The translations under genes were made by a program, and so were the position numbers. A stretch of 64,000 nucleotides of DNA from Raillietiella orientalis. Taxonomy: Eukaryota. The stretch lies in the NCBI GenBank assembly GCA_036172245.1, contig JAYWIR010000053.1:434001-498000 (forward strand), in the 5' to 3' direction. This document shows, one piece after another, positions 48,901 through 63,400 of this stretch. The stretch's first letter is position 1. The number at the start of each line of letters is the position of its first letter. The notes under the pieces are model-generated. The model did not search any database and was not told where the DNA came from. It saw only the letters and a program-made list of their open reading frames with translations.

Positions 48901-51900
48901 ACTCGCAGAAGATCCCAGATTAGAAGTCCCGAAACAGTTTCAGGGAGGAGGGGGGGAAGGGAACGCGAAATCTGATCCTTCCCGAGGGCCCCACTGCAAA
49001 AAGGAGAGAGAAGGGAGGGGGAAAAGTGGGAAGAAAATACGTGCCCCGCGGCTAGCTGTTCGGGCGACCGGTTTGTTTTTTTGTTTTCTTCACGTTTCTT
49101 ACGCTTGTTGTCTTTTTTGCCAGGGAGCTTTGCCATCGCCTGCCTAGGTCACTCGCCACCGGTTCGTGGACTGCAGCGCAGCTGAGAGATTTAGCGCAGC
49201 TGCTGGTAGTGCACGGAGGTCCGATGGTTTCTAACAGCTCTGCACCATCCCGTCCCAGGGTGCTCCCGTCTCTCTGGCAAAACCGGAGATCAGGATGGCC
49301 CCCTCTGGCTTCCGCAACGTTCGAGATGCAGGGCTCAGAGCGGGGAAGTGCGCTCATTAGGGAACGAGCAGCGCGGTTCTCTTCCGCGCAGTCCCTCTTT
49401 TTGGGCTCTGGGACGCCCGCTTGGCAATGGATGGGATGCTTCCGTAGTTGCCATGGAGACTCTGCAGGAACGCGCAGCTCATTCTTCATGCACGGAGATC
49501 CTTGGGCGGAGCGAGGGCCAGGTTGGGTGGGTGGGTGGGCAGCCAGCGCGAGGGCACCAACCCGCGGCCGGGCTCTGAAGAGGGCGATCCCTCCCCCTGC
49601 TTCCTTCCTATACCGGAGTGTGCTACCTCGTGGTCGAATCCAGGATCGGGCAAACCTCGCTATGGGACTGCCAAAAGGAAAGGACTGAGGGCGACTCCGG
49701 GCTCTTTGGTTTCTGGGGCACGGAACTGAGTGTGTCGGACCTCTCGTCAGATCTGTGAACCGGCGATGCCTTCTCCCGGCTCCCGGAAGAGGCGTTGCGT
49801 TCGCCCCCCGAACCGGTGCGCGAGTACCTACGAGCGGTCCACCTCCCACCGCGTGCTCTCTTCAGGGAGGAACGCTGCCCTTCCCGGCCCCCTGCAGAGG
49901 ACAGTCCTCGCTCGTCTTCCTCCCTTTTTCCCGAGATCCTCTTCCTATCGCTGCCGTCAGGATGCATGATCGACCTCGACCGAAGGGACCGCGACGACTT
50001 CGGCGGGCCAAAGGGATACCTCGCGAGGGAGGCGGGTGATCGTCGGGACGGGACTTCGGGGCGGTTCTTCCGTTGGGCAAGGCCGCTAACGCGCGGGCGC
50101 TCGAGGGTGCGGAACACTCCCGGAGGAGGAAGGGGAAGGGCGGCGGGGCACACTGGGTGGCTTCCCCGCTCTCTCGAAGAGGGAAGAGAGGTTTCGGAGC
50201 TCAGGCAGGAGGTGGGAGCTACGAGCAGACTCATCTCCTCCTGGAAAGATTAGTGCACCCAGCGGCCTTGGAAGTTTTCTTCGAGCACTGGCCCAGCCGA
50301 AGGGGGGATAGGATTGCGTATGCTCCACAGGTGGGCAAAGGGACGAGGAGCAGGAGCGTCCGGTCGCACATTCTGCAGGCTCCGGTTTCCAGTGAAACCT
50401 GGACCGCCTTCTAGAACGTTTCCTCCGCGCCCTCTCCCTCTTCCACCTCACCTTCCCATAAAGGTCCCCAGTGGCACCTCCCTCATCTTCCGAGAGATTC
50501 GGCAACTTTGGGGCCGTCCTCCACCCTTGGGCTCAACCGGAAGAGGGTTTGGTCGTCCTTGCCAAGGTCGAGCAGACCTGAAGCGCTGCCGTGGATGCGG
50601 AGGAACAAGGAACAGAAGGCTCCTGACATTCACCGGTCTCCTGGTAACTGCGCAGCTAAAGGAGGTCGCCCTGCTTCTGCAACCACCCGCGGGAGGATGT
50701 GCAGAATCTGCTAAAGGTGCGTGTGCGCTCTCAGGGTCTGCCAGCTCTCAGACATTTCCACCGCCTCCTAAATTCCTAACCTGGGGGGGCGCGGAAGTGG
50801 CCTCCACTTGTCTAGAGATGACCGGAAAATGCGTGCTGTAGACCAGCCGGGATGAGGGCCGCACGAGCGCTCGCCATTGGTCGCCGGAAGCTGCCAGCCG
50901 CGGTATGCTATCAGCTCGAACTTTGACTTCCCCGAGGGCCGATCGCACTCGCCCACGGTGGACTCGGGGAGAAGTTACGGATTCTTCACTGGTCCAAGAA
51001 AGCGCAGTCTCACTCCAGAAGCCCTTCTTCCACATCCTCCACTTTGTGCTGAGGCAGATCGGAGCCATCCGTTCGGCCGACCAAAGGGAGTGCGCACTGT
51101 TACTAGACAAACGCCCGGATGAGCGAGAGGCGCACAGCCTACAGCGTCCGGCCGAGAAATGCAATCCTCGTTCATCCTGGAGAGCGCAGGAACAATCACA
51201 GCAGGGTATGCCAGAGAGTGGAAGGAGCAGGCGAGATCACAGGTCAAGGAAGGTAGGAACGCATGACGCGCGTAGAATGGCAGAGGACGATTCGCAGCAG
51301 ATCCTCGAGGGTGAGAAAGGGTGAGAAGTCCTCCACCCGCGTGGACTCCATCCCAATTACAACTCATTCCGCATGAAGTCCCTCCGATGCAGAATTCTTT
51401 CATCGCAAAGTCCACCCGCAGAAGCTACCACTAGCCGGAAGTCCTGTGCGGACCCACCGGTGCGAAGCACCTGCCTGCCAAGTGAAGCGCATCGGCAGTG
51501 CAATCCACTGATACTCCAGTCCATCGAGGTACCACAGAAGACTCGATCGTCTCGGAAAGTGCAGTGCAGCGGTATTCGACAGTGGACGGATGGAGCCCAT
51601 CCACACTGCGGCCCTCGTGCACTGCAGTCCATCGACAGTGAAGTGCATGGAAATGGTGGATCATGCGACTTTCAACTCATCCAGGATGTGGCGCTCCCGA
51701 GTATCTCCGTCGCCAATGATTCGTTTAGCCCGATTCTGCGAGGTCGCGCCGTTGCTCCACCATCCCACTCGCTATGCACCCACGGCTGTGCGTCGGATGG
51801 AACCTTTTCTGGAAGCAACCCGTGGCGCTGCCAGCCCATGGCGCCCAAACAGCCAGTACGCTCGGAGCTGCGAAAGGCAGGGACTGCGTTGTCGGAGGAG

Positions 51901-54752
51901 CTGATTCGCGCAGAGGGATCGGAGGAGGATGGAGTCGTGGGTCTGGGACCGAGGCTGTCCTCGACTCCCCGTGGTAGGGCGACTCCAGAGGGGAAAAGGA
52001 TACGCCTGAGGGCGTCCTCGTCTTTTTCGAGGGCAGTCACTCCTTGGGTGCTCGCGCACTGTTCAAGGCCAACCACCAGCCCTTTCCCGCAGGAAGCGCG
52101 GCCCAAAGGCAGCGCTACTCTCGGACGGCAGAGCAGGCGATGCAGTGGAAACACAAGGGCGCTGTTTAAGGAAGAGGAAACGGAGGTGTTCAGGAAAGGA
52201 GACGCTGATGTTCCGGTGACCTCAGACGGTGTCAAGAAAGCCTGCAGAGGACTTTGCTTCAGGGAAGAGAGGAACCGCTATTGCGGTGTTCATCAAAGGC
52301 AAAAGAGGTGGCGCTGTCTGTGGAAGACTCCAGAGTTGTTCTGGCGAAAAGAAAGAAGCAGCGCTCCCGGAATGCCCCAGAAGCACTCAGTGCCCTTCGG
52401 GGCGACTGATCGCCTCGTTACCTGGGAAATGCCTTGAGCGATGCTTCCTAGACAGAGATGGGCTTGCTTGACCCATCCGTTTGGTAACTCCAGAGAAAGA
52501 AGAGAGGAAGAGGAAGGGAGGAGCCATTCCGTGGAGGTGAGCCTAGTCGCTCCTTTGACCTTCTCGAGATGCCACTGCCCAAGGAGGGCGTAGCGCAGAT
52601 AGCGTTTGGTAATATCGGAAAGGTCCGTAGCGGTAGGCGCGCATGCTTCTTTCCGGAAGGGTCCGAGGGTCGTCTCCGCGGGTAGCGAAGGAATGCAAAG
52701 CCGGCGACAGGGGTATGCGGACGCGTGCCTAAGGGGAGCCAAAGAATGGGGTCTCTCCGCAGACCTCCCCGAAGGCACCCACAGATGGAGGGAATGCGAA
52801 TGGAAAGGAAGGAGAGCGCGAAGATGAACTGTTCCTGGACTTCTGAGTTATCCTTTTTCCCTCCCGGTTGTCTGAGATTCCTATTGAGAGAGGTCAAGGA
52901 TGGTGGGCAGGATAGCCGGAGGAGAAGGAAAACTTATCTGGGTCATCGGTCGCATCTTCTGGCAGACGGGATTTTCTGCAAGGTGGCCGCCGGGATGGCA
53001 CAAAGAGTTCATGGTCACCTGAGCTGATTTTTTTTTTTTTTATTTATGTGCTTGCAAGAGCTCTCAAGGACTCTTTGATCAGCATACACGCACGCACGTG
53101 CGAGGAGAAAGAAAAGAGAAGGAAAGATGACGCGCCGTACAGCTGTAGGTCTATTCAGTCGCGAAGTCTGCAGCAGTCGGCAGCTGCTGAGTCGTGGGCC
53201 TTCGACTTGTCAGGAAAGTGATGGTTGCCAATATGATCCAAGAACGATTCCTTTCCTCTCTTTTTCCGAGGCGCGACGCTTCCGAGAGCTTGAAGGTGAA
53301 AGGAGGAAGGCCATTTTGAAAGTCGGCGATCAAGAGGCTGAGCAGCCTCGGGCAATGCTTTCGAGTCGGCGCGTATCTGTGTACTGTACACATTCTGCAT
53401 GAGCGCATCCTCGAGCGCATTCACACGAGGACGAAGACGCACTTGGAGGAGACTGTTGCCTTTGTTCTGGTGCGGATGATCTGCGTCCAAAGTTTCGGTT
53501 TTCTTCCTGGAAAGTCGTTCACTCCGGTGCCTGGAGACTCCGGGCGATGCTCTCAGTTTCTGGCCGTTCCTTCCTGACGCGAGGCTGCTCCCTGATATCG
53601 GGGACTCCGAAAACAGCAGCACAGCTCCTGCTCTGATCTCCAGGGTCCATCGATAACCGCTGGTGGGAGGAGTATCCAGGAACGGCGCCGACACCCGATT
53701 CTGAATTTGGAGACGCGAAAGTGGCAGGAACGCCAAAAGGTTTCGGGTGCACCAAAGGTTAGACGCTGCGCGCGAATATATTGAATTTTCATGACTGAAT
53801 AGCAGTTTAATGGAGTGTCATTCGGTCAAACGTGTCCGGACGAGTGGACATGATGTTTTAGACAACATTCGCAGTCTCATCTTAGAGAGGGAATTTCAGG
53901 TGCACTTTCGTTTGTGAATGTCGCAAAAAGTGTAGAGTAGTCACGAATAGGACAAGACATTTCTTCGGCACAATAAGGATCAGAAATAAATGAAGACATT
54001 ATTCATGTGGATCACTGAAAATCGGCTGAAGAGCGTGGCTTTGACAGGATTTTTATCGAACCACAGCGCTTTAGGGTTTGCTTTTCAAACGTCCAACAAA
54101 AAATGAAATTGGCCTCCCTGCTCGGCAATCAACGAGTATCCCTATAAATAGACTGATCGGCGATTTTGGCGGGAATCGTCGGACCACGTGACCTCACCGT
54201 CGCAAACCGCTTGGGAAGCGGGGAGCGGTTGTCCAGGTCCTGCACGTCTGTAGGAGGTGCTGCAAGTGCTCTAATCCAGTGCTTTTTCCGTTCCTCCGTT
54301 CGTGCTTTCCCTTCAGGGTACTGATTTTTCAATCCGAGCGGAGTTGCGAAACGGCGAAAACTCCTGGCAAGCTCACCATGCTGCTGGTCTATTCCCCTTC
54401 ATATCGCTTTTCCCTCGGGAGATGGCTGCCACGTCAAGAGAATTTCATCCCCTTTCCTTTTTCAGTCGGTGAACACATCTCTGCTGAATGTGCAGAAGCA
54501 AGTTCCAGCTTGCGAGCTGATCTCGGCAGCGTTCCAGATTCTTTCCCGAACTCTCCGACGAGCCTTTCCCGAATCTGAGGGAAAGCGAAGGATCGTACTC
54601 ATGCGGAAAATCCTCCTGCCCTCCGGCGCCCATTCCCTCTCGAATACGGACGCAGTGTCGATGATTCTGTGCCTCGCGGTTTAACTGTTGCATTTTTCGG
54701 CGAGCGAGTGCGGAACGAATCAAAGATGAGATGAAACATATCGAGAGCACGC

Positions 54753-54870
54753 AAAAAAAAAAAACAAGAAAAAGAAAAAGAAGAAAGAAAAAAAAGCAAC
54801 AAAAAAGAAAAGAAAGGAAAGAAGTGGAAAGGAAACGAAAAAGGAAAAAAAAAGACGAAAAGAAAAAGAT
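54753..54870 (+). repeat. A/G-rich low-complexity tract
   Basis: Runs of A interrupted by G, (AAAAG/AAAG)-like. Confidence 0.85.
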
Positions 54871-55649
54871 GATGTTTCAAACTTATGCAAATTTCAACAT
54901 GACGAGGAACGACGGGTAGCACGTGACTTTCCGGTCGTTATCCTAATTCTCGAAACGACGTTCATGTGGAACACAGTGACTCATGAAAGGGTGGAAGAGA
55001 TAAAAAGGACGTCAGAAATTCTTCTGTGAAGGGTGAAACCATTCCGAACTTTCACTCGCTACCAAAGAGCGAACCCCGAGCTCGTATCGTTCACGCCGGT
55101 GGGCCCATCGGAGCGGCTGGCGGTCCGCGTGTGCGGAAACGCGGAAGCACACAGCACCACCTCGCGTGGTGCTCCCAGCCTGCACCACGTAGGCTGGCAT
55201 GCGCAACGCACTCCACGAGCGCGCCGCAGAGGTTCCCCGGAAAGCTCTGCATCCGGACGACGAGATGCGCACTTCTTAAGCGCGCGGTTCCACGCATCCC
55301 TGTGAAAGGAAGAGCCGAGACTCTCCTTTCGCAGATCGCTTGCCGCAAGGCAAGAGGAAGAAGAAAGTGCATTGTCGCTCGTCCGAATGCGGATGCTCAT
55401 TAAGTTCATCCCCTGCTGCGCATCAGACGGATGGAGAGAATTCGCTGAAATGGAGCTACAGTTTTTTCTTCCTGTGGTGCTGTTTGGCAACCTGATCAGA
55501 GACAGCTTCCTTCGCTTTTGTGTCACGGGGGGTAACAAGCCATTTCCGAGGCACATGTAGCACCCGAACGATGCTGGATTCAAAAGGCCATGAGGAATAA
55601 TCTCACAAAACGAGCAGGGAGGACTTTTTTTCCTTTTTTTTTTTTTTTT

Positions 55650-57000
55650 TCCTAGCTGGATGAAGTGGGTGCGAGCAACTTCCGATTCACACGAGCACCA
55701 GCCGCCACTGCGATGAATGGTGGCCTGTGCCATTCGCGGGTTTTCAACGAGTCTGAGGTCGGAGAAGAAGTCGCTGCAGGGATGAAAGATGCGATGGCCG
55801 CTTCTGAGAGGTGGATGGAGTTTTCCCCTCCCACCTTCGCGGGTTTCGAATCTGAAAAGGTTTCCGAATGCTTTCAGCATCTCGGTCCGCTGGTAGAGAT
55901 TTTCTTGGTTCGTGACTTGAGGTGGAGAACTTTTCAGGAATGTTCCAAGGTTCCTGGATTCCTGGAATTGTGAAATCGAAATGATGGACCCTGAGCGTCC
56001 TCCTTCGGCTCTCCACTTTCAGTCCGAATGAGAACCAGGAAGCTTTTCATAGGCACGAGAACTGCAGTTCAACGTGTTGTTCGTTGCCAAGGGTCGGGTT
56101 TCTGACCATCTCAAATGCTTTTCCCGAAAGAGCCGTGTCACTGGAAGCAGTGTTTTGCCACCATTGATCGCAGTCTCTCGACACACGGAATGCCCAGAGT
56201 AATGACTTCCGAAAGATGAAATCTCTTTCGCATTCCAGGAATAGTGCGCTGCTGAGATCGCCAGAAGCCAAGGCAGTGCGTGCTGGGTTCTACGCACTGC
56301 CTGGCCACAAGCACGCATGGAATGAAATCACGCGTGCAGCGCCTCGTCAAACTCATGAGTAGCATGCTTTTCCGGTATGCAAGAAAGTGTTGCTGCTTGT
56401 GTGTATGTGGTTTTGAGTCAAGGAAAAGCATCGGTAAAGAAAACCTCATGGCCCGTTTGGGTATGGAGCACCACAGATGGCAGGCGAAGAATCCTGATGA
56501 AATGAATCGCAGGCCCCGACTCGAAATCACAAGGGAGGCAGCCGGCTAGGCGATGGATCGGCCAAGAATGCTCGACGCATCCGCATGAGCTTCTATGGCA
56601 ACGAAGTTCTCCTCCTGCGACGGAGCCGCACCTGGCCATGGAAGGATGAGCTGCTCTGCGAACACTAACTGCGAACCTCCAAATAGGTGACTCATCCACT
56701 CACAGAGAAGGAAAACTGTAAGGAAGCCGAAGGAGAAAAGTGGGGTGGAGAATGGGGAGATCGAGGAATCATTCGATTGGCAAACCATCAACAGACGATG
56801 AAGCCTTCAAAGGAACGGAAAGATCGACTTCACATTTAGACTGTAGTATCCGCCGAACCCATGGAAACCCACTCAGCGGAAGAAAGTTGCAGAAGTGTCA
56901 AAGGATTCACTTCTCCGTCACCATCCAGGCTTAACAAATGGAGAAAAGAGGAACCACTGGTCTCAGAACAGAGCAGACCGGTGCTGCGCTCGCCCAGAGG
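55650..57000 (+). mobile_element. RTE-like non-LTR remnant
   Basis: EQ..FR, F..FESEKV..F (~D..KAF), EIARSQ and CGFES (~YG.ESW). Degenerate. Confidence 0.35.
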
Positions 57001-57549
57001 CCGGAATTTCTAGACAGAGTTGTTACATGCGAGATTCTGGACAGTGACCGGAAACACGTGACAAGTGTCACGCACCTGAGAGGTGAAGGAACAGGTGTGT
57101 TTGGAGGGATGCTGGAGGGACGAGGCATCGCTCCGAGGTGAAAGCGCACCTAGCATTCTTCATCGCAGCAATCTTAACCGTTGGATGGAAGCGTCAAAAA
57201 GCGAAAACGGGCAACAGCAAGACTGAAGATCCGTCGAAGGAGCAGCGGATGTGGTAGCGTTTCGGTGGGGTGTGTTCCAATCGATCGGAAGAAGCATCGC
57301 TTCACAGCGCGGATTTTGAAGAAAAAAAATCTTTTGAAGAAAAAAGGACACGCAAACACACAGACTTTGCTTGCCTAGAGTTCAGTGTACACCCATCTAG
57401 TGCACGCAGTGTGCGGCAAAACGTGAAAGGCGAGAATGAACACCCCTGAAACACATGCACCAGGGAAAGCAAAAAGCACCCATCTCACGTGATAGGTGCT
57501 ACTGCGTCATCGGTGGAGGCCGGATCGATTCTCATCGCTCCGAGCTCCT

Positions 57550-58800
57550 TTTCGCTGTGCGACTGGCATTCTCGCGTGAGCATGTATACCGCGCTCTCGC
57601 GTACACAGGAAACGAAGGCTGCAGGACGAAACGTCCTCAACGCCGACTTTCGGTTCGTACCATCGGATGCGCTCCCCGCTGGACGTCCTCGCCACAGGTG
57701 CCAGCCCGGTCTATGCTCTGAGGGGGCTCATCGCCTGGAATCGCCGGGTGGCGCACGTGCATCACGGGCGCACGTCGCTCCATGCTGATGATATCCGTAC
57801 GGACGGACCCCGCCACTGCGGTGCTTGCACACCACAAGCGCGAGTCCTCGGGAGGCTGAACGGAAGTTCGCGGTGGATGTGCGCTGCAACGCGCTTGACT
57901 TGCCGACCGGGTTCTCTTCCAGCAGCACACAGATCTCTCTCTTCGGAAGATGAGGCCGACCGGTTGCTGGTACCGACTGCGCATGGGAAGACGGGGGTGC
58001 AGGAATCGGTGGAAGCGAGGGTGAGGAGCAGGCGGCAATGGAAGCAAGGGGCAGGCGGGAGGGGGGTGCACAATTCACACAGGCGCGGATCTAAGTGCTT
58101 CTTATTGTCGTTCTTTTAATTCCAGAATCGATGCAAGAGTGTAGTCGGCCTGGGAGCCCCTGAACAGCTGTTTGTTCGCCCTCGCCGTCGTGACGAGACC
58201 CTCCACAGAGGTTTGCGGCCAGATAAACGTTCATTCACGAGAGGAGTCAGCGATGTTTCCTCTTGGACGCTGACGAGGAGGTTCCTTTTGTGCTCTTCGA
58301 ACCAGGAGATGGCGCACAGGGGGAGAGGACAATAAATGAACAAATGGATCAGGCCGAGAGCGCGGCGGTCACCGGACTTCTGCCTGGGGTTCACACAGTG
58401 GGGAACACCCTTCTTCGCCACCCTCCCCTGCGCACTCTGCATCTTGGTGGATACCCGGGCCGACCAGCCCCCGTACCTCTGACGAAGTTCTGCTCAAGGT
58501 TGCCAGCATACGTCCGAGAGGAGAAGCAGCTGCCTCAAGGAACCGCCGAACACGACGACGCCTGGATGGAAGAAGGGAAGGAGTTTCTCCCGAGGGTTGG
58601 GTTGATGGGGCGATAACCCAGCGAGTGGGCGGAGAGGCGACCACACCGCCTGAGTTTGCCTGACGGCCGACGCAGTTCGGGGGAGGGCGATGCTGCACGT
58701 TCGTGAGCCTACTGCACAGGTCGCGAATGGGAGACGTGCAGCTCTATGCCATGGAGGAAAGCTGGGAATCGGGCAAAGCACATTAGGAAGGACGTCGCCA
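57550..58800 (+). mobile_element. Degenerate non-LTR RT with possible RNase H remnant
   Basis: QVPARSML (~GVPQGS.L), LHADDI, VTGLLPG, then a DG-like motif and VQLYAM (~AEL.AI). Confidence 0.4.
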
Positions 58801-59399
58801 GTGGGTCTCCGCTAAGCAGCCTCAGGAAGTCCTCCCGGAACCGAAGAGTCTCAGCATGAAAGGCTTTGGCAGAAAGTCTTCTTACTTTGATGCAGTCTCA
58901 GGGTACAAAAATTTGACTCTTAAGAGCATGGAAAAATTTGACTCAGGCTAAAGAATAGATTACGTTGAAGGGTTGCGGAGGTAGATGGACTCTCGAGAAT
59001 AGAATGCGTTAGGAAAGAAGAAAGAGGGAGGAAGGGAGAATGTGAGGAAGAAAAGGAGTACAGGTGGACTCCTGGAAGGCTTTTCTTGGAGGTGCCACCT
59101 GCACCCACGATTGCAGCTGAGCTCCGATCGACGCCTTGCTGCGTTCTGAAAAAGGCAGCTCCGGAGTCTGCCCTTCGCTGCGGACCCATGAGGCCACGCG
59201 TCCATGGCCCGAACGTCGCCATAGCGCGGCTGCGTTCTCCAACGGCTGAGTGTAGAGGCCATGCATGCGATGATGCCGCTCGAGCATGTTGCCGCTTTCT
59301 TGCAAAGACCCGCCTGCGGTCTGAGTCCCGCGGCTTTGCGACTTTGCTAGCGGTTTCTGGTGGCTTCACGCGGCGCCCTCAGAGCCCGGATGCTGCAGG

Positions 59400-60460
59400 G
59401 GTCGCGCATCTTCCTTATTTTCCCCGCGCTTCGGCCGCTAGGCACGGTCCGGGCTGCTTTCTCACGGTCCGAATCGCGTCTCCGCAGAGAGCAGGTGCAC
59501 TCCTCCTTGAAAGGCCACCTCCGGCCAAACAGTGGCCTTTGCAGGCTCAAGAGTCTCCGCGTCCGGACTGGCCGTCCTCTCTGCCTGAAGCGACGGGGAA
59601 GCGGATGCTGTATGGATCGGTGGTTCGTGCGGGTTACGAAAAGGAGGTGACATCTCTTCCGATCGTCAGACGTCGGGGGCGACGGTGGCCAGGATCTGGA
59701 CCCAGGGTCCCCGCGATCTTGTGCCGCGAGATCGTGAGATGTCATGCGGCGATCCTCCGGGGATTGGTTCCTCAGGATCTCTCAGATCCTCAGGAACCAA
59801 TGGACGGAACTGTAAGGTCGCGGCTGGTTCTCCTCTTTGAGGGTGGTCATCTCTACACACTGCCGGTCTTCGTTTGCTTCTTCCTCCAAGTGCCTCCGGC
59901 AGGTTTTACAAACCGCGTGGGAGACAAAAAGAACTCTTGTAGCCCTCGCCATAAGCAAAAAGACAGGAATGATGAGGAGGCAAGCCACGACCACCCTCTT
60001 CATCTTTGGCTGCAGCCTCAAAGCAGCATCTGCAGAAAGTGAAGTCTTCATCTCTGGGCGCGAGAATGGCTGCGAGGTGGCCTCACCTGGGAGTTACGCT
60101 CTAACAACTCTGATGGTCTGAGGAGGTCACCGGTATTCTGATCCGGTACTGAGCCAGAAGGAGCGTACCATGCCAAAGTTTCCGCCCTCACTGTTTTTTT
60201 ATTTCCACCTCTCTCCCGCAGCCGACTTCCTCAGCATCCGACCTATGTGTCGGTGAAGCGCCTCCACGAACTCTTTTTTGTTCTGGGAACGGTTTCGTCC
60301 TCCACTGGTCTGTTTCTTTCATTAAACAGACGCGTGAACTCATCCCCGATAGCCGGACCTGAACAAATAAAAACCGAACAGCTGGAGACCGACACCCATG
60401 CGTCCAAAGGGACTGGCCCCTTAGGCGACATAACTGCGAAGGAATGCAGGGAAAGTAAAT
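59400..60460 (+). mobile_element. Degenerate APE-to-RT region of a non-LTR element
   Basis: MDRWFV and SSDR (~LDR, SDH), then IAGPEQIKTEQL (~APGPD.I..E.L, RT domain 0). Confidence 0.35.
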
Positions 60461-63400
60461 AAGCAAACAAATAAGGAATGAGATGGACCTGCTTCATGGT
60501 ACTCTCCTGGATTCCTGGATGTCTGAATCGGGGAAGCAGTATGTGCTCTCACCGGTTTTAGATTAGTCTGCCCTCAATCGATCCAAAGTTCCCTTGTGCC
60601 CTACTTCCCAGATTGGGCCATTCGTCTTTGCTGGTGGACTTCCTCTTCCTCCTCCATCCTTCCTTCTCTTCCCTTCCTCCTTCTCCTTTCTTCCTTCTCC
60701 TTCCTCTCTTCTTCTCTTCATTTTCCTCCTCTTCCCTTCCCATGTAGGCGATGGCGATTGCAAACAGCTCTGAGAGATCTCGGTCTCCATCTTGGTGATC
60801 ACCGCTGCTTGTGAGTAGCTGAGAATCGTCAGCGACCGACAAGCCTGGAGGTGTGGCTATCTTTGAAGAGGTCTTCAGAGGCTCCACCGTGGAACCGAAG
60901 TGCCTCAGCGACGCGCTCTCATCCGTTTTTTCTTCTTCTCTCATCTCTAGCACCGCATCCGAGAGTTACGCGCGGTGGTGTATTCACCGTCCCGCAGGGT
61001 GGACGGAAGCATTCCTTGAGCACTAACCCCGCTGAGGTGTTGTGGCGCTCCTCGTTCGGGGATGGCGCCCAGCACACCAGCAAGAAGCCGACTGTCTGCT
61101 GGCACCGAAGAGGGAGGACGAAGGCAAAGACCAGGAAGCACAAGGTCTCGAACTCCTCCCGGGGGATGCCTAGAGATTCCGTCCATCTTTTGGGACGCTG
61201 GACTGCAAATTTCGTATTGGCCTCGTTCACTAGGTGAAACTTTCCAATGACCAATGGGCTTGGTGGCCCCGGCGATTAGGTGAGCCATCTACAACGCCGC
61301 AGGCGCATCTTCTTCCTCCCAATAAGGTGAAGGGACGGGCTCATGGCATCCTCGGTGGCCACGAGCTGAGATCCGGGGGTAGGCAAGGAGGAGTCTCCTC
61401 AGATAGCGCTGCTGTTCGAAAGATCCGGGAGTCTCCACCCACACGCATATTCCCAGGGATTCCTGCCACCAAGCAAGAAGCGTTCCTGTTCGGCGGTCAG
61501 CAGGGTATCCGCTCCTGTCCCTCAGCAGTCCACAGAGCGGTGGTGAGAAGCTGGCGACCGAGGCCTCGCCATCGCGAGCTGCACTCCCCGCTGGGCGCCC
61601 TCCGCAGGCTGCCTTCCCAGTTCCCTGCATTCATCAAGGAGATGCGCGAAAAGACGCACCAGCATGTGCTCCACGACCTCCTCATGAGGGTCCACCACTG
61701 GAACGATGACGTTCCCGTTCGGAAGAGGGAAAGTCCGTACCCCCTCCCTGGCGAGGGGAAAATGAGTCTCTCAGTTGCACCCTAGATCCGGCTGGGCCAG
61801 GGCCCGAACTGACCACCCACCAGGAAGGCAAGGAAACTCGAAGGGCGTCTCGAAAGCATTTGCTGGGACCCGCGCAGGCAGCAGGAGGGATGGGTCACTG
61901 CACCAGAAATGACGGAAGAGGCTTCGGTCGGCATCTCTCGCCCTTCCACGGTGGCGCGTGAGGGCAAGCGACACCCCCATTCCTCATCCTCTTCCCTTCC
62001 TCCTCCCCCTCTCTGCCTTTTCTCTCCGGTGAGCGCCACCTGCTTCCAAAGGGAAACTTCGGAGAGAACCAACCATTCGGTCGTCCGATGCGTCTTCCGA
62101 CTGAGCAGCCGTCGCTGCCCGGAGCTCTACCGGCCCTTCATGCTGCCGGTCCAAGGTCTGCGTAGGGAGGACGGATATGGTCCCTACGGGACCTGTCGAG
62201 GCCGCCGCGAGCTCTTTCGGGTGGATTTTCATTGAAGATTTTTTCGTACCTCGTGGGTGCGAGATCTCACCCACGAGGGTCACCTTCGGAGGTTCGCTCG
62301 GGCGTCCCACCAGAGGCTCCGCACCAGCCGCTGGAAGTCCCCGCTGAGGAACAGGACCGGGCAAATTCCAAAGGTCTCCGACAGTCGCGAGTGCCACTGC
62401 TATGGCAAATCTCCCTGGAGAAAGAAAAAAGAGAGAACTGCTCGAGAACTTTCTCGAAGGCATCTGGAATCCTCCACGCCATGTTTTTTTTCCCGTCTCG
62501 AGAGGAAGGGATGCGGTGCGTCCTTGGAAGACGACGCCAGAAATGGGGATCTTGCCGCGTGCGTCCCCTGGCAGAGCCGCCTCCGCTGCTCGGCGTGCCC
62601 ACGCTCGACTGGATGCCGCCGGTGCGCGTCCTCTCCGTTGCCATCTTTTTCAGCAGCGCGCGCGAGCACAGCTTCCGAAGTGAGGTCCACGCTGGCGGCC
62701 TGGTCGAGAAGTTCCGCGCGCTTTCTCGCACGACGCTCCGTCCCGGGAAGAGGACGGCTTCCCGTGTAGCGTGGCGAGCGCAGTCGACTAGTTGCCGAGT
62801 ACCGGGCGGACGCTGGGATACCCTCGCGATCCGGCTATCTCGATGCGCGAAGTCCCGCAGCGTCCCTCACCTGAAATCTGCCGTGAGGGGCTGCCCTTCA
62901 CCCGTCCGCACCACGGTCGTTGCTTAGCAGCTGTCACCGACAGAGGGAAGTGAAGTGCAGCTTCGGTTCTTTGCAAAGATCGGATGCGGACCGCGCCCGG
63001 CTTGCGTTCGCTGCCTGCAGAGGGCGCCAAGCGGGGAGTGTAGCGTTTGATGGCGAGGATCCTGCGCCTTCGACTGTACGCTTTCATCCCTTCGTTGTGT
63101 CCAGGCTTCTCAGTGTCCGAAGGCATCATCCCAACTTCAGCTTTCAACCGTCTCTCACGGTTCTTCACTGAGCAGATGAGGAACCCACAGTGACTTCCCG
63201 AGGGAGTTTCGCGCACCGCCTGAGAGATGAAAACGCTCCGCCATCTTGACGGAAGACTCCTTGGGTATGGTCGGTCTTGACTGCATGTGACGCCTGGACG
63301 GCCCCTCCGGCGCCCCCGGCAGATCGGGAAGGAGCGCTGATGCTGCCGGGAACCGAACCCTACCCTTCTCTGGAAGGGATCCTCTCCCCTCTGCGAGATC

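Noticed and set aside
51373..52437. 354-aa open frame
   Set aside because: No recognisable domain or exon structure. Composition fits a chance ORF in GC-rich DNA or TE debris.
59086..60042. 318-aa open frame
   Set aside because: No family motifs. It overlaps a degenerate LINE remnant read in other frames.
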